Of a DNA stretch of 64,000 bases, positions 21,881 through 33,524 are shown one piece after another. The notes beneath the pieces are model-generated. The model saw only the letters and a list, made by a program, of their open reading frames with translations. It was not told the origin of the DNA and ran no database searches. How positions within the stretch are numbered: position 1 is the stretch's first letter; each line of letters starts with the position of its first letter. Source of the DNA: Trypanosoma brucei (Eukaryota); assembly GCA_000002445.1 (NCBI GenBank), contig CP000070.1, positions 1,664,001-1,728,000 on the forward strand, given 5' to 3'. Made by a program: the position numbers and the translations under genes.

Positions 21881-23518
21881 TCATCTCTCGTTGCGGCGCT
21901 TGGAGTTGATAGGTGGAAGCCGCGGCCCCTTCGACTGCGGGGAACGCGAAGGATTCATTAAAGACGTGTGTGCCGACCCGTGTTGTGATCGCGAACGGGT
22001 CGTGCGGGCGGATCGGGACTGCGTGGGACTCACCTGCTCTAAAGGGCGTGGGCCTGTGCAACTCTGCATGGAAAGACACAACGTTGGGGCGGCGGCCAGT
22101 CGCTCCTTCAGTGCTGATGAGATTTGAGCAAGGGCTTCAGCAGAGAGTTGTGTTCCCTCCAACCCGAGATATGTAAGTCGTGACTGCGGGCTTCGGGCAA
22201 GACGGAGCAGACCACGACCTGCCAGTGCCGGAATGGGGTTGTTGGACAAGTTCAGTGACACCAAAGACGGATGATTGCCAACCACCTTCACAAGTTGCTG
22301 CAGGAACGTGAGATTGAAGATGTTGTTGTTGCTCAGATCTAACGACTCAAGAGTTCGGCTCACCTCCACCATTGGGAGTAACAATGGCAAACCGCGAGGA
22401 TGACGCAGGAATACACCACTACACTCTAACGACGGACACGGTGGTTCGTACCTACCAGACACCACGTAGGTGAAGTTGCGGAGCATTGCACAGTTTCCGC
22501 AATCACTGCTATCGAGCATGCGGCAGTACCGCAGGTAAAGCAGCCGGTGGGCAGCCATAATAGCGATGCTGAGAGCACGAAACACGCCGCGGGGACGTAG
22601 CCCACTTCGCTTTGGCGCCTTCGGCTCATCATCGGGAATTTCCATGTTCATACCTAGTTTGATCCACGGGTGCTTTAGAGCCTCCCGTGCACTATACCGG
22701 CGGTTCGGATCAACCACAAGTAATTTGGATATAAAGTCATGCAAAGCCGATGACCCCTCACTAATCTTTCCATCCTTCATGTTGTAATTGGCCTTCAAAA
22801 TAGCCTCCGTCGTCTCTTTCTGCGTACGACCCAGAAATGGATATTCACCTGTGAACATAAGATACACCATCACGCCTAATGCCCACATGTCCACCGGTTT
22901 GCCATAGTTTGTGTCGCTGAATATCTCAGGTGCCATAAACACCGTTGTGCCACAAAAGGACATGAGGCACTGATCCACGCCAACGAGCACGGCAAAACCA
23001 AAGTCAGATATCTTACACACTAAGTCACCCTCCGAAAGAAGACAATTCTCCGGTTTAAGGTCTCGATGAACAATACCCTTTTGGTGGATGAACTCTAACG
23101 CAAACAGAAGCTGCATAGTAATACGACGAGTCTGGACTTCACTAAATGATCCATCACGTTTCAGCGCACGCTGTAACTCACCACCAGCCATATATTCCAT
23201 TACAATCCAAAGGGTTTGATCATCGTGAAACGTCTCCTCTAATCTCACAATATTTGGATGACTGAGAAGACTCATGGTCTCAACCTCACCCATCACACTA
23301 CGCAACCCTTTTGCTCCCGCTTCTCGCTTGTTGATAATTTTTACTCCGTACGGTCGCTTCAACGAGTCGTGCCGCCGGCAACATTTCCATACCGTTCCGT
23401 ACGCCCCTTTTCCAAGTTCCTCCAAAAGTTCGTAATGATGGTCAAAAGAAACTGTCTTGGACGAAGAGGCTAATGCGCGGGCCTCCGTCAACGTACTCTG
23501 CAACGAATGGAAGTCCAT
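21881..23518 (-). CDS. Ser/Thr protein kinase (CAMK-like catalytic domain) fused to C-terminal RNI-type leucine-rich repeats, ~545 aa
   Basis: Kinase subdomains are present: GKGAYGTVWKC (Gly loop), VKII (VAIK-like), HRDLKPEN, DFG, APE, DMWALGV. The C-terminal segment LESLDLSNNNIFNLTFLQQL...LVSLNLSNNPI...LTYLGLEGTQLS forms LRRs. The track start is a GTG. The first ATG is at 23516-23518 (MDFHSLQS). Confidence 0.9.
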   Translation of the reverse strand: MDFHSLQSTLTEARALASSSKTVSFDHHYELLEELGKGAYGTVWKCCRRHDSLKRPYGVKIINKREAGAKGLRSVMGEVETMSLLSHPNIVRLEETFHDDQTLWIVMEYMAGGELQRALKRDGSFSEVQTRRITMQLLFALEFIHQKGIVHRDLKPENCLLSEGDLVCKISDFGFAVLVGVDQCLMSFCGTTVFMAPEIFSDTNYGKPVDMWALGVMVYLMFTGEYPFLGRTQKETTEAILKANYNMKDGKISEGSSALHDFISKLLVVDPNRRYSAREALKHPWIKLGMNMEIPDDEPKAPKRSGLRPRGVFRALSIAIMAAHRLLYLRYCRMLDSSDCGNCAMLRNFTYVVSGRYEPPCPSLECSGVFLRHPRGLPLLLPMVEVSRTLESLDLSNNNIFNLTFLQQLVKVVGNHPSLVSLNLSNNPIPALAGRGLLRLARSPQSRLTYLGLEGTQLSAEALAQISSALKERLAAAPTLCLSMQSCTGPRPLEQVSPTQSRSARTTRSRSQHGSAHTSLMNPSRSPQSKGPRLPPINSKRRNER

Positions 23519-24607
23519 AATTCTCACTGGTAAGACGCTCTACCGTTCGTTTGACCGCTTGTCGATGTTGTATGATAAAGAAAAACAAATTCCGAAAGGT
23601 AAAACCAAAACTTTTTTTTTTAAAGAAAACTATCCTTTTATCTGTTCTTCTCCTCCTCCTCCTCCTCCTCCTCTCTATTCTCTGAGTAAGGTGGTGCTGT
23701 GATCGTACAAAACAAAAAAAAGCACAGACACAACCTCGCTCACGCACGTACTTTCACCCTATTCTTTCTTTTCTTTATTTGAGCTACTAACTCGTATTTT
23801 CCTTTGCTTGAATTACACAACAATATCCCCCTCCCTCCCCTTTCGAGGAGTCGCGCGTAGAAAGAAGAGGTAAATGATGTTCTTCTTATTGAAGCGGGGG
23901 AACGTCCTACTGTGCCCACCACTTCCTATATATATATATATACTTGTATACTTATATACTTGTATACTTGCGCGTATAAACAAATATACGCACGCTCGCT
24001 TAACCGGCAACCAACACCTGACACAACAAACGCTGCGCTACCTGACCTTGCCTTCACGCCCCTTTGTTGAGTGTCCCTTGTGCTGTTCCTGTTGTTTCTC
24101 TTCTGTCCTTTGATATCGTGCTTATTTTGTCGTTTTTTTTTTTCTTTTTTGGTTTTGGCTTTATATTCCTGTACCTTCAGCTTTCACCCTCTCTGTGTTC
24201 ACACCCTCACCTTTTCCCCCTCTGTAGCACTACCCGGCTGATGGTAACGGTGATGATGATATCACTGCCCTGCCGATCTTTGGCAACAGACAGCCCCTGA
24301 AGAGAGAGACCCGAGGAAAAGGGAAACAGGATGGAATATGCACCGAAGAAGGAAGCGGAACCGGCAATGTTAATTGCACCTTTGCACAAACACAAACACA
24401 CACGCACACACGCGCGCGCCGGAACTTTTACTCCCTCCTTTTTTACTTTGCCTTATTTTTCCCCTTTGTTCTTTTCACAACACTACGAGTTTGTGTCAAT
24501 GTGTATGTATTTGCTTGAGTCGAAGGAGGGGGAATTCGTATTCGTAGATGCACACGCGCGGGAGTATGCGTACGTGTGCTTATATCCACACCTGAAATAT
24601 GTACGAG

Positions 24608-24610
<3 letters not shown>

Positions 24611-24640
<30 letters not shown>
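24611..24640. repeat. (AT)15 microsatellite
   Basis: Seen directly. Confidence 0.95.
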
Positions 24641-24642
<2 letters not shown>

Positions 24643-25197
24643 CAAAATGCTGTATGTAAACTGAATAGACAGAAATAATGATAATAGATATACAATTATT
24701 CCCTTTCCCCCTTTTATTTTGCTAAAATTATCTTGTTTGATTACGTTTTCTTTTCTTTTGATGTATTAAGCGAATACACACCTCGCGGGGACCTCACTTA
24801 ACTGTTATTCGTCGATATTTGTGTTTGTGTGTCGCGAGAAAGAGGGAAGGAACAACGAAAAAAAATAACAATAAAAGAAAAGAAGGAAGAGAGAATCACC
24901 GGTGCGGGAACAGTAATGGGAAATGTCAACGACAAAAAGAGAATTAGAGGTTGTCACAAACGAAGACAGGAGTGAAATTGGTAGAGGCCCGCAACAAAAG
25001 ATACAAAAAAAGTGAGCAGGTTACCACCAAAGTAAAGACAGAACTTGTACTCAGCCCAGTACGACCCGCGGCTGACCCGTCTGTTCACGGAAGTGGTTTT
25101 AGCAGTGCAGTGAGAGGAATTTCTGTAGTATCTGTTCGCGCAACCAACATTAAGTCACAATAGCATTAACGTTCAGAGTCCATTTGCTGACACAAAA

Positions 25198-25198
<1 letters not shown>

Positions 25199-25230
<32 letters not shown>
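25199..25230. repeat. (CA)16 microsatellite, with a second (CA)n at ~25636-25660
   Basis: Seen directly. It lies just upstream (5' on the minus strand) of the ARL1 start region and the intergenic spacer. Confidence 0.9.
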
Positions 25231-25231
<1 letters not shown>

Positions 25232-25690
25232 CACCGCCTCTACGGATCCACTACAATCCAACCACACATACAACCTTCATTTCCCCTCATCTCCCTTGTC
25301 AGTGTCTCAGCACCTATCTCCCTAAGAGCTTAATGGGCCCCGTATGTGAGAGGGCAAAAGCAATCCCTTCCAAAGTAAAAAAAAGAAGGAAGGAAGGAAG
25401 GAATCAAACAGACAAACAAATAGAAGTATAACAAGGACAAGATGCAAACTAAAACTACATCAAAAAGTCCGGGCGGAGTGGGGGAAAAAGAAAGAAACCG
25501 GGGGCCTAGCACACACCAAACAGTTGCAAACCGGCTAAACAATACAGAAATGAAAAAGCGGTGGCAATGTACTAAACAGAGAAAGCTCCAAACACAAGCA
25601 AATCCCGGTAACGTAAGTACCACATACAACACACAACACACACACACACACACACACACACGCGTACAAAAAAAAAAAAACGTCTACTCC

Positions 25691-26263
25691 TCACGAGTCT
25701 GCAGTGACGACGCCCCGCTCCCGCAGCTTATCGCAGAGCCAATCCATTCCTTCCAGTATCCCCTCACCAGTCTTGGCGCTGCTCTTGACGATTGTCCACG
25801 TCCGGCACGAAAGAGCCCCCACGCCGAGTTGTTCAGCCACACCAGCCTCGCTTACAGCCCCAACCACATCCTGCTTGTTAGCAAATATGAGCAATAAACT
25901 GCCCCGCAGCTCGTCTTCGTCTAGGAGGTTGCACAACTCATGCTTTGCGACCCCCATGCGATCCTTGTCCGTACTGTCCACAACATATATGACAGCGTCG
26001 GTGTCAGTAAAATAACAGCGCCAGAAAGGTCGGATATTCGCCTGGCCACCTAAGTCCCATACCTCAAACGTTATGTTTTTATGCGTCAGCGTCTCGAGGT
26101 TGAAACCGACTGTTGGTACAGTTGACGTTACATTGCCCAGTTGCAGACGGTACAGAATAGACGTTTTCCCCGCATTATCCAAACCTAAGACGAGCACGCG
26201 GATTTTTCTGTCCGCCGGTAGGATTCCGAGAAGGGATTTTATCTGCGAAACCAAAGCCCCCAT
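25691..26263 (-). CDS. ARL1: ADP-ribosylation factor-like GTPase, ARL1-type, 190 aa, N-terminal Gly2 myristoylation signal
   Basis: The sequence MGALVSQIK...[16 protein letters not shown]...[35 protein letters not shown]...LLIFANKQD matches human ARL1 ([43 protein letters not shown]) better than ARF1. The track ORF is extended by 61 aa of upstream read-through. ATG verified at 26261-26263. Confidence 0.85.
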   Translation of the reverse strand: [190 protein letters not shown]

Positions 26264-26741
26264 GGGTACTGCACAGAAAAGTACACCCTCTACAGTTCCC
26301 TTCCTTCTCTTTCCTTCCCTATTTTCTTTACTTGTGTTGTTGTTGCTGCTGTTTTCATAAGAAAAACAAAAACAAGTTAAATAAGTTTGATTCGAGCCTT
26401 CCCTTCCCACCTCCCTTCCACGGCGCCTCCCGTAACTCTTGTCCACTGGAGAGAAACATATTTATGAAAGTAGGAAAGGGGGAATTTAACACCAAATGTC
26501 CCACAAACACTTTCTCGGCCACGCACCAAACACAAATTTGAACACACGTACCTCCTCCAAACAGGCGAAACAATGACGAACGAGCGGACCTGGTGCCACC
26601 GGATCGAGGAACAAAATGTAAAAAAAACAAAGGTTAGGGGAGTCGGCTCTAAAAAGCATATATATGACTCTGTATGCACACTCGGGTGTGTGCGACAAAG
26701 TATACGACGGTAAGACTACCACCACAACCGTAGTGGAAGAC

Positions 26742-28325
26742 TCACTCCTCTTGCTCATCTATGATCCTTTCTACACCAATCACAGCTTGAAAGCAGCGAC
26801 CCCAACGCAGTGGTTGCAGTAGCTCCCCATTCTCATTTGTCATGTACCGACCGACTTCACACTCCTCTTGTTCCTCCCACAACTTACGGTTGTAACGGAT
26901 TGAGTCCACTACAAACTCGCACTCCAGTGGCGTCGGATCACCCTCAACAATGAGGCCACATTCGCGACGGTCCTCGTCAGAGAGCCAAAACTCAGCGCTA
27001 AGACGACTGAATGATCGGAAAGTGAGACCATGCGGCAGGCCACGCCGGCCTCCGATGCCGCGGCGGCCTCCCGTGACGTAAACAACTCCACGACCCGCAG
27101 TTGCTGCTCCACCCTCAGACGCAGCACCAGCGGATGCAGCGGAACCCGGCAAACCATGATCAAAGCGAAGCTCGAAACGCTCCACCACGCTATGCTCCAC
27201 AAGACTACGCACCAATGCCGCCACAAAATGCGGCATTACGACACGTAGAGAACCCACCAACGCCCATAGTAATCTCCTACCACCTCCTGGTAGTTGCCCT
27301 ACATCGCTCAAGCGGAGTGCAGGTGCATATGAGTCACACCCAGAGAAGCGTATCGACGACATGACTGTGATGTCCACGTGTCTCAGTGTACCTTCTGTTC
27401 CATCCCTGCTAATAACGTTGTTGACACCGCTTTTCATGGAAGCGTTACCGTTTGGGCCTCCCACAGACCCTGCCTCACCTCCATCAGTCACTGTCGTGTA
27501 AAGGTGCATGTTGACGAACACGTCCCAGAGCGCAAAAACAGGATTTATGTCTGCCATAGACAGACACTCAGGTTCTGTAATCAGTGTAGAACCGAGAACC
27601 CACACAAGTTCTACGCCGACGTCTTGTGCCCGTTGTGTGAAGTATTGTTGCGCTACCTTTGACGAGGCACTGAGGCACAAGCAGAGTCGGCATTTCTCCA
27701 CGGACAAAAGCAACGCAACATCCTTCAACCTAGGGTGACTGGCGACACGAACTAAAAGTATATGGTGTGTGCACGCGTCACGGGAGGATTCCCGAACACA
27801 CTCGTCCCGAAGTTCAACAAGCTTCATGAAAGCATCCTGCAGTCCTTGCAAGTAGCGCCAGTAGTCTAAATCAGCCGTCGCGGCTTGCGGAGCCGCTGTT
27901 ATGAAGGGGTGAAGCAGTGCATTGCGGTTGGCGGGCAAAGAGCTCAGATAGTATACATTACCGTGCTTCGCTACCGTTTCGTGCAGAACCTCCTGAAACT
28001 TTGGAAGAGACTTCAGTAACACTGCATCACTTGGGTCGCCCGCTGAGGCCTCCCCAACCCCATCTACACTAATCACCAGCTGCATTCCTTGCATGGGTGA
28101 GTAATACGGAATGGTTGGGTACGAGTGCCACACCCTTTGCTGTTGGGCAGCCACGTGCTGTTGTTGACCCTCTTCCATTGCCGCTAGTGTCTCAGTGATG
28201 GAATGCGGGTTACTGTTGCCATGGTCAAACAGATCACCCGTGGCAGCGTGATACACGTCGGGCAGTACACCACGGCGAAAAGCCACGGGTTTGAAAGATG
28301 ATGTCGGGAACGAAGTTGGATGCAT
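26742..28325 (-). CDS. Hypothetical protein, ~527 aa, no recognised domain
   Basis: It is a long intact ORF with coding-like composition on the transcribed strand. The track start is a TTG. The first ATG is at 28323-28325 (MHPTSFPTSS). Confidence 0.6.
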   Translation of the reverse strand: MHPTSFPTSSFKPVAFRRGVLPDVYHAATGDLFDHGNSNPHSITETLAAMEEGQQQHVAAQQQRVWHSYPTIPYYSPMQGMQLVISVDGVGEASAGDPSDAVLLKSLPKFQEVLHETVAKHGNVYYLSSLPANRNALLHPFITAAPQAATADLDYWRYLQGLQDAFMKLVELRDECVRESSRDACTHHILLVRVASHPRLKDVALLLSVEKCRLCLCLSASSKVAQQYFTQRAQDVGVELVWVLGSTLITEPECLSMADINPVFALWDVFVNMHLYTTVTDGGEAGSVGGPNGNASMKSGVNNVISRDGTEGTLRHVDITVMSSIRFSGCDSYAPALRLSDVGQLPGGGRRLLWALVGSLRVVMPHFVAALVRSLVEHSVVERFELRFDHGLPGSAASAGAASEGGAATAGRGVVYVTGGRRGIGGRRGLPHGLTFRSFSRLSAEFWLSDEDRRECGLIVEGDPTPLECEFVVDSIRYNRKLWEEQEECEVGRYMTNENGELLQPLRWGRCFQAVIGVERIIDEQEE

Positions 28326-28797
28326 CCCCCCGTTGGGCTTGCGAGCCAAAGCAAAAAGGCACAGCCGCAGCCCTTACAGCGGCTCAATATCTATACCGTC
28401 TATACGTACACCCTATTGGGTCTTTCCGTTACGCTGTGGGAAAGCGTCAGGAGAGCGCGGGCGAAAAGGTAGCATGTGGAAAAGCAAAGAAAAGCGGCTC
28501 CAATCAACAATTAATGGCAGTAAAAGGCCTCAACGCCGCCTCCTCATCCGGAAACAATGGAAAATAATACAAAATCAAGCAACGCGCACCGCAGTGTAGC
28601 GCGACCTGAAAGGGGGAAAATAAACAAAAAAGGAAAAGAGGAAGGGAGGTAAGGGGGAATATAAGTGTATGAAAAACCTCTATTGTGCCCCTAAACTTGA
28701 AACGATAAGGGGATGCATTAAGTGTAATGCAGAAAAAGTGGTGAACGGCAACGCTACACAGGAAGCGTGCCCCCTCTTGTTACTTTGATCTCTTCTA

Positions 28798-30078
28798 TCA
28801 TACAGCGATCGAACACGAAACCGTGCCGTGAGCTCGAAGTTGATCTAATATGTCATTAATTCTTTTATCCAGCGACCGCACCACATCACTGTCTTCATCT
28901 AAAGCACCGGCACTAGTCTCGACGATAATGCGCCGTTCGCTCCGGAGCCTTTCAACTTCCCTCACGAGGGCGGCAATATCAGGATCAGTTTGGGCCTCTA
29001 GGCTCGGTGAAGCTACGCCCCTTTGACATCTTTTCCTTTCCTTAACATCTGCTGCACTATCAATGGATAACGACTTCTGGCCCACCTTTCTTAGCCGCTC
29101 CTCCAACTCCCTGTTCAACTGCTTTAGACGATCTATCTCATCCGCACTCCGCCGCAGCTGTTCCTTTCGTCTAATAGACAATTCAGTGAGTCTACTGTTC
29201 TCTTCCTGAAGCCTGCTGCAACGGTCTTCTACCTGCTGCAACCTCTCCTGATGCCGTCGCTCTAGCCTATCCTGAAGGTTTTGCTGTTCCATCACAAACT
29301 CTGACCGCATTCGCGCCTCGACGGTGCTGAGTTTCTCAGGTGGGGATGTGAGTTCGCGGGTCCGAAAGCGGTGGAACTCCTCCGAAAGTGCTAAGTAGTC
29401 CCTCTGCGCCTGCTGTAAGCGCTCATCCGCGCGTTTTGCCTGTGCCTCTGCAGCTTGCACGCGCTGTTCTTGCAACTCAATAGCGTGATCTGCGTCCTCT
29501 TTAGCACGTCGCACCTCCACCTTCGCGTCCGTTCCTGCACGCCGACGAGCGTCCACTAACTGTTGCCGCAGGAGCCGGACATCCTTCTCCATCTCAACGA
29601 GGCGCCACTTCCGCCGCTCCATTTGCTTCTCCTCCTCAGCCAATCGCTGCTCCCGGCGGGAAACCTCCTGCTCCCGCATTTCGAGACCCGCTACCGCCTG
29701 CTGCTCCCTTGTTTTAACCAAACGTGACAACTCCGTCAGCGCCTTCTTTTTTTGTGTTTCCAGCTGCTGCCGAAGCTTGGATGCCTGAATGGCACGCCAC
29801 AGCTCCAGATCCCACGCCGCGCGGTACTCCACCGTCTGGCGTACGTTGTTTGCTATTGAGGCCGCAGCGTTGCTAAAGCCTTCTTCCACCCTACGACCAG
29901 TGGGGGCGGAGACCGACGGGGTTGGCTCCTGGGTTTCGATGGGAGATGGTAATTGGTTCGAGGCCTGGCTAACAGTTGGTACGGGCACTGGACATAACGG
30001 TGGTTGGGGCGTGGAACGCCCTGGGGAGTCCTGGGACTGCCTCGACTGACGGCCAAGTGAAGAACTTGTCCCACTCAT
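28798..30078 (-). CDS. Coiled-coil protein, 426 aa (Ser/Pro-rich N-terminus, then about 330 aa of heptad-rich R/E/Q/L sequence)
   Basis: ATG verified at 30076-30078. The sequence RQQLETQKKKALTELSRLVKTREQQAVAGLEMREQEVSRREQRLAEEEKQMERRKWRLVEMEKD... is typical coiled coil. Confidence 0.65.
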   Translation of the reverse strand: MSGTSSSLGRQSRQSQDSPGRSTPQPPLCPVPVPTVSQASNQLPSPIETQEPTPSVSAPTGRRVEEGFSNAAASIANNVRQTVEYRAAWDLELWRAIQASKLRQQLETQKKKALTELSRLVKTREQQAVAGLEMREQEVSRREQRLAEEEKQMERRKWRLVEMEKDVRLLRQQLVDARRRAGTDAKVEVRRAKEDADHAIELQEQRVQAAEAQAKRADERLQQAQRDYLALSEEFHRFRTRELTSPPEKLSTVEARMRSEFVMEQQNLQDRLERRHQERLQQVEDRCSRLQEENSRLTELSIRRKEQLRRSADEIDRLKQLNRELEERLRKVGQKSLSIDSAADVKERKRCQRGVASPSLEAQTDPDIAALVREVERLRSERRIIVETSAGALDEDSDVVRSLDKRINDILDQLRAHGTVSCSIAV

Positions 30079-31865
30079 CGCTCAAAGGTACCACCAGCTT
30101 ACGGCCCTATGGCGCCAGTACCTCCTTCTCCTTCTTTATTGGTCCCTCCCTCTCTCTGCTTCACGTTGATAGCAACAAGTGTCTACTCCCTCTATGCTGC
30201 GCGTGGTGTTCCGACCAAGCGATATTTCCAGTGGATTAGGTGGCGCCTCCACCCTGAGGCGTCTTCCTCCTCCTTAATGGTTTGTGGGCGCCAAAACCCC
30301 CTGCAACGGATTATGGGGGCCCTCCTTATCGGTTCCCTTCTCGCTATTATATATATATATATATATATAGCTAACGTGGTCTTTTTGGTACGACAGGAGT
30401 AAAAGGAGAAAGCAAGGGTTTGAGAGACATGATAGGGATGTGATCACCGCAGCAGTGGAAGGGCAAAATAAGTGCACGCACGCGCATATAGACCGATATA
30501 CGCATGTGTGTAATGGTGGGAAAGAAACGTAAAAACACATTTTCGCACTTCGTTAATCGCAGCAATGAAGAACCCCTGCGGCTCCAAGAGTTTGTTAATG
30601 TCGGCAGTGACTAACATATATTCCTTTGCTGTGTTGCGTACGATCATGAAGGGAACTGACTTAGCGGAATATAAAGGGGGGAAAAGAGGGGGGACATCCT
30701 AAAAATGAAAATAAAACGGGGAGAACCGTGCGGCGAAACGCATATCAATGACGAAAGTAATCGTAAGAAACAAAAAAAAAAAAGAAAGAGCGACAGCGCG
30801 AGAATGAAAATAAGCCGGAAGAAATTATGAAAGGTTTTACGGCGAAGGTGGACACCACACAAGCCCCCTGAGAAAGACGTAAAAATCGTAGCCATCCTCC
30901 TCTAAGTGGAGCTTTGCTCTCATACCTCTGCTGCTCCACTTCACCTTTCATCAAACTCCTCCCCACTCACACTACGCTCTTCTGCTTTATCGCTCTCCCA
31001 CACCACCTCCGCTTCCGTGGCGGCTGCGAAGGGCCGGTGCAGAAAGTTACCTGCACTGCCACTTCGTCCGCGATACAAATATACATATATGTATGTATAT
31101 GTACACGTAGACTCACGATGCTTCCCTTATCTCTTCTCCCTTTTCCCCAATCCTTTTCTCACTCCTCCTGTTACGCAGACGCCGATGTTTATGCTCAAGG
31201 TTCCCCAAAGGTGTCGCTGTTACCTATACCGCCTCGCTGAGACTAGAGGGAAAGGCAAAAGCACTTTACGACATAGCAGGGTGTCACGCTCTTGTTTCGT
31301 TCGTTCCCTTTGTGTGATGCATGGTTTGATCGTAATTACAGGGAAGTTAATGGCACACCTCTGCCATACACATATACATACAACTCCCAACCCGCGTGCA
31401 TACATATGTGTAAACGAAACCTTTCCCCACACACACCCCGAAACCACGTTCTGTTATTCTAATTGTCTTACCTTCCCCCTCACATGGGCTCGACACACGA
31501 AACTCATGGCCCAGCTCGTAGAGTCGCGTCTTGATCCCCCTTGCATCTGCTAATCTTTACCATTTATCTCCTTTTCTTTCGGTCATCCTCAGCTCTATTT
31601 TCCTCTCTCTCTCTTTCTGATCTCATCACCAGCCTTTCAGTGACGAGGCGCTTCCAATCTCAGACGCCCGACCTCATACTTGTTTCAACCCCCTCCTGCT
31701 TAATTAACCCTATTCTGAATTCAGGTACCTCCAGCTGTGTTTATCCAGTCCTCTCCCCCAAATCAGATTACCCACACACGCACACGCTTCTTTCACCCAT
31801 CCCAACCCGTTCTGCTGAGAAGCAGCTGGCAGGGCATACAGTACAGCGTTGCGACCACTAAGCAC

Positions 31866-32834
31866 TTAATCATCACGATGTAGCATCGCCTCCAGTGCCG
31901 ATAGCATTGGACTACCCTTGTACATATCTACAAGTTTCTTTTCCGCCCAGGCACGAAGCGATACGGCTTCCTCCTTTTGCTCATCCCCCACACGAGATGC
32001 TGTAGACGACTTGCTCTGTCGTATGATCTCATTCGCTACAACCCACAGTCCATACGCTGCGCGACTGTTGTTGGGATGGTCATTCAACCGAAGCGACTGC
32101 GCGTACTCTACAAGACTGTGCCTGTGATCGCCCGCCATGTAATACAACTCGGCGAGGCGCGTATGAGAGAGATAACAACTACTGCTAAGCAGCATGGCCT
32201 CATTGGCATGGTGTAGGGCCTTGGTATAGTTTTCGCACAGGTAGTGCAAGTTTGAAAGCTCACGATACACGCTGAGACAGTTACCGCCGTGCAACTCGAG
32301 AAACGTATGTTTCTCATCGTTAACATCCGTGTAGACTAGCTGCTTCTCCAGCACCTCGATAGCCTTGTGATACTTTCCTTCACTCTTGAGCATAGTGGAC
32401 AGTCGCTTCACGGGGAAATCATCACTTGGAAAGTCCTTCAGTAACGCGCGATAGTGACCTTCCGCCTCCTCTGCACGACCCTCTGCCTCTAAGCACAGGC
32501 CTTCCAGGCGCCGCACGCGTACCGACTGCCTGCCAAATTGCTTTTGAAGCAGCGAGAGGTATTGCCGGCTGGTGTCTACCCTTCCGCAGTCCAGTGCTGC
32601 AATGAGAATCTGCTCGTAAATGCAGAAAAGCTCTTGTGAACCAATGCCACTAGTACCGCCAGCGAGCAGGTCAGTTCCTAGCAGAAGGACGACATTTGAG
32701 TTTCGCGTTTCCTTTTCTCGGTGCAGCTGGAGGAGCTCGCGCTTCTCCTTCCTGGAGAGTTGTTTAACACCAAGAGGTGTAAGAGACTGCAGCGAGATGT
32801 TTGATTCCGCCACGTTGTCGGTTGGCCCTTTCAT
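31866..32834 (-). CDS. EMC2: TPR-repeat protein homologous to ER membrane protein complex subunit 2 (EMC2/TTC35), ~322 aa
   Basis: IYEQILIAALDCGRVD...RVRRLEGLCLEAEGR...ALRLNDHPNNSRAAYGLWV aligns with recalled human EMC2 (IYEQVMIAALDYGRDD...RVKRLTGMRFEAMER...ALKLNNRNMRALFGLYM). The track start is a TTG. The first ATG is at 32832-32834. Confidence 0.72.
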   Translation of the reverse strand: MKGPTDNVAESNISLQSLTPLGVKQLSRKEKRELLQLHREKETRNSNVVLLLGTDLLAGGTSGIGSQELFCIYEQILIAALDCGRVDTSRQYLSLLQKQFGRQSVRVRRLEGLCLEAEGRAEEAEGHYRALLKDFPSDDFPVKRLSTMLKSEGKYHKAIEVLEKQLVYTDVNDEKHTFLELHGGNCLSVYRELSNLHYLCENYTKALHHANEAMLLSSSCYLSHTRLAELYYMAGDHRHSLVEYAQSLRLNDHPNNSRAAYGLWVVANEIIRQSKSSTASRVGDEQKEEAVSLRAWAEKKLVDMYKGSPMLSALEAMLHRDD

Positions 32835-33524
32835 AGCCAACTTTTAATATCGTTCCCTTTTCTTTTTTTGTGCGTGTGTTCCCTTGTTTTCCCTCCCTTG
32901 ATGCCGCCGTGGTTGCTTATGCTTTCCCTCTTGTTACTTGTTGTGCTCCCTTCTAGGCCCGATGCCCGCGCTTTTGTACAACAAAAGTGAGGAAAAGACA
33001 AACAGGAGCAGCAAAACGATCAGAACAGAAGAACAATGGGAGAAAACGAAAGAAATTAAGTACGTTGAATCCGTTTCGCTGAATGGTACTCCAGAGAGAT
33101 GAAGACACACGGGCCGCGCAAAAGAACAACAATGTAAACGTAAAAAAAAAGACATGCCCAGTGGAAAGAAAGTGGTGGCCGTGAAAAATTAAGGGAGTAA
33201 ACAAATAAAGGTGGAACCAAAAGCGTAAGAAATATTGGCGCGGAATCCGAGTTAAGAAAGTGGCGGCAGGCTCGGAGAAACATGAAAACTACAACAGAAC
33301 CTATTATGAACGCGGAAACGATAGCAAAATGATAATACCGATAATATTACTACAGAAAACAACACCACGAAAGAGGAATGAGAAAACGAAAACATTGCTC
33401 CCTGCCAACCAACCACCATGTTCAAATATAAATCTCCAGACACGTGTATATATATATATATATATATATATACAAATGAACGGAAGGCATGTAGGGGAAC
33501 TAAAAAAGAAACTAATGGCGGTCT

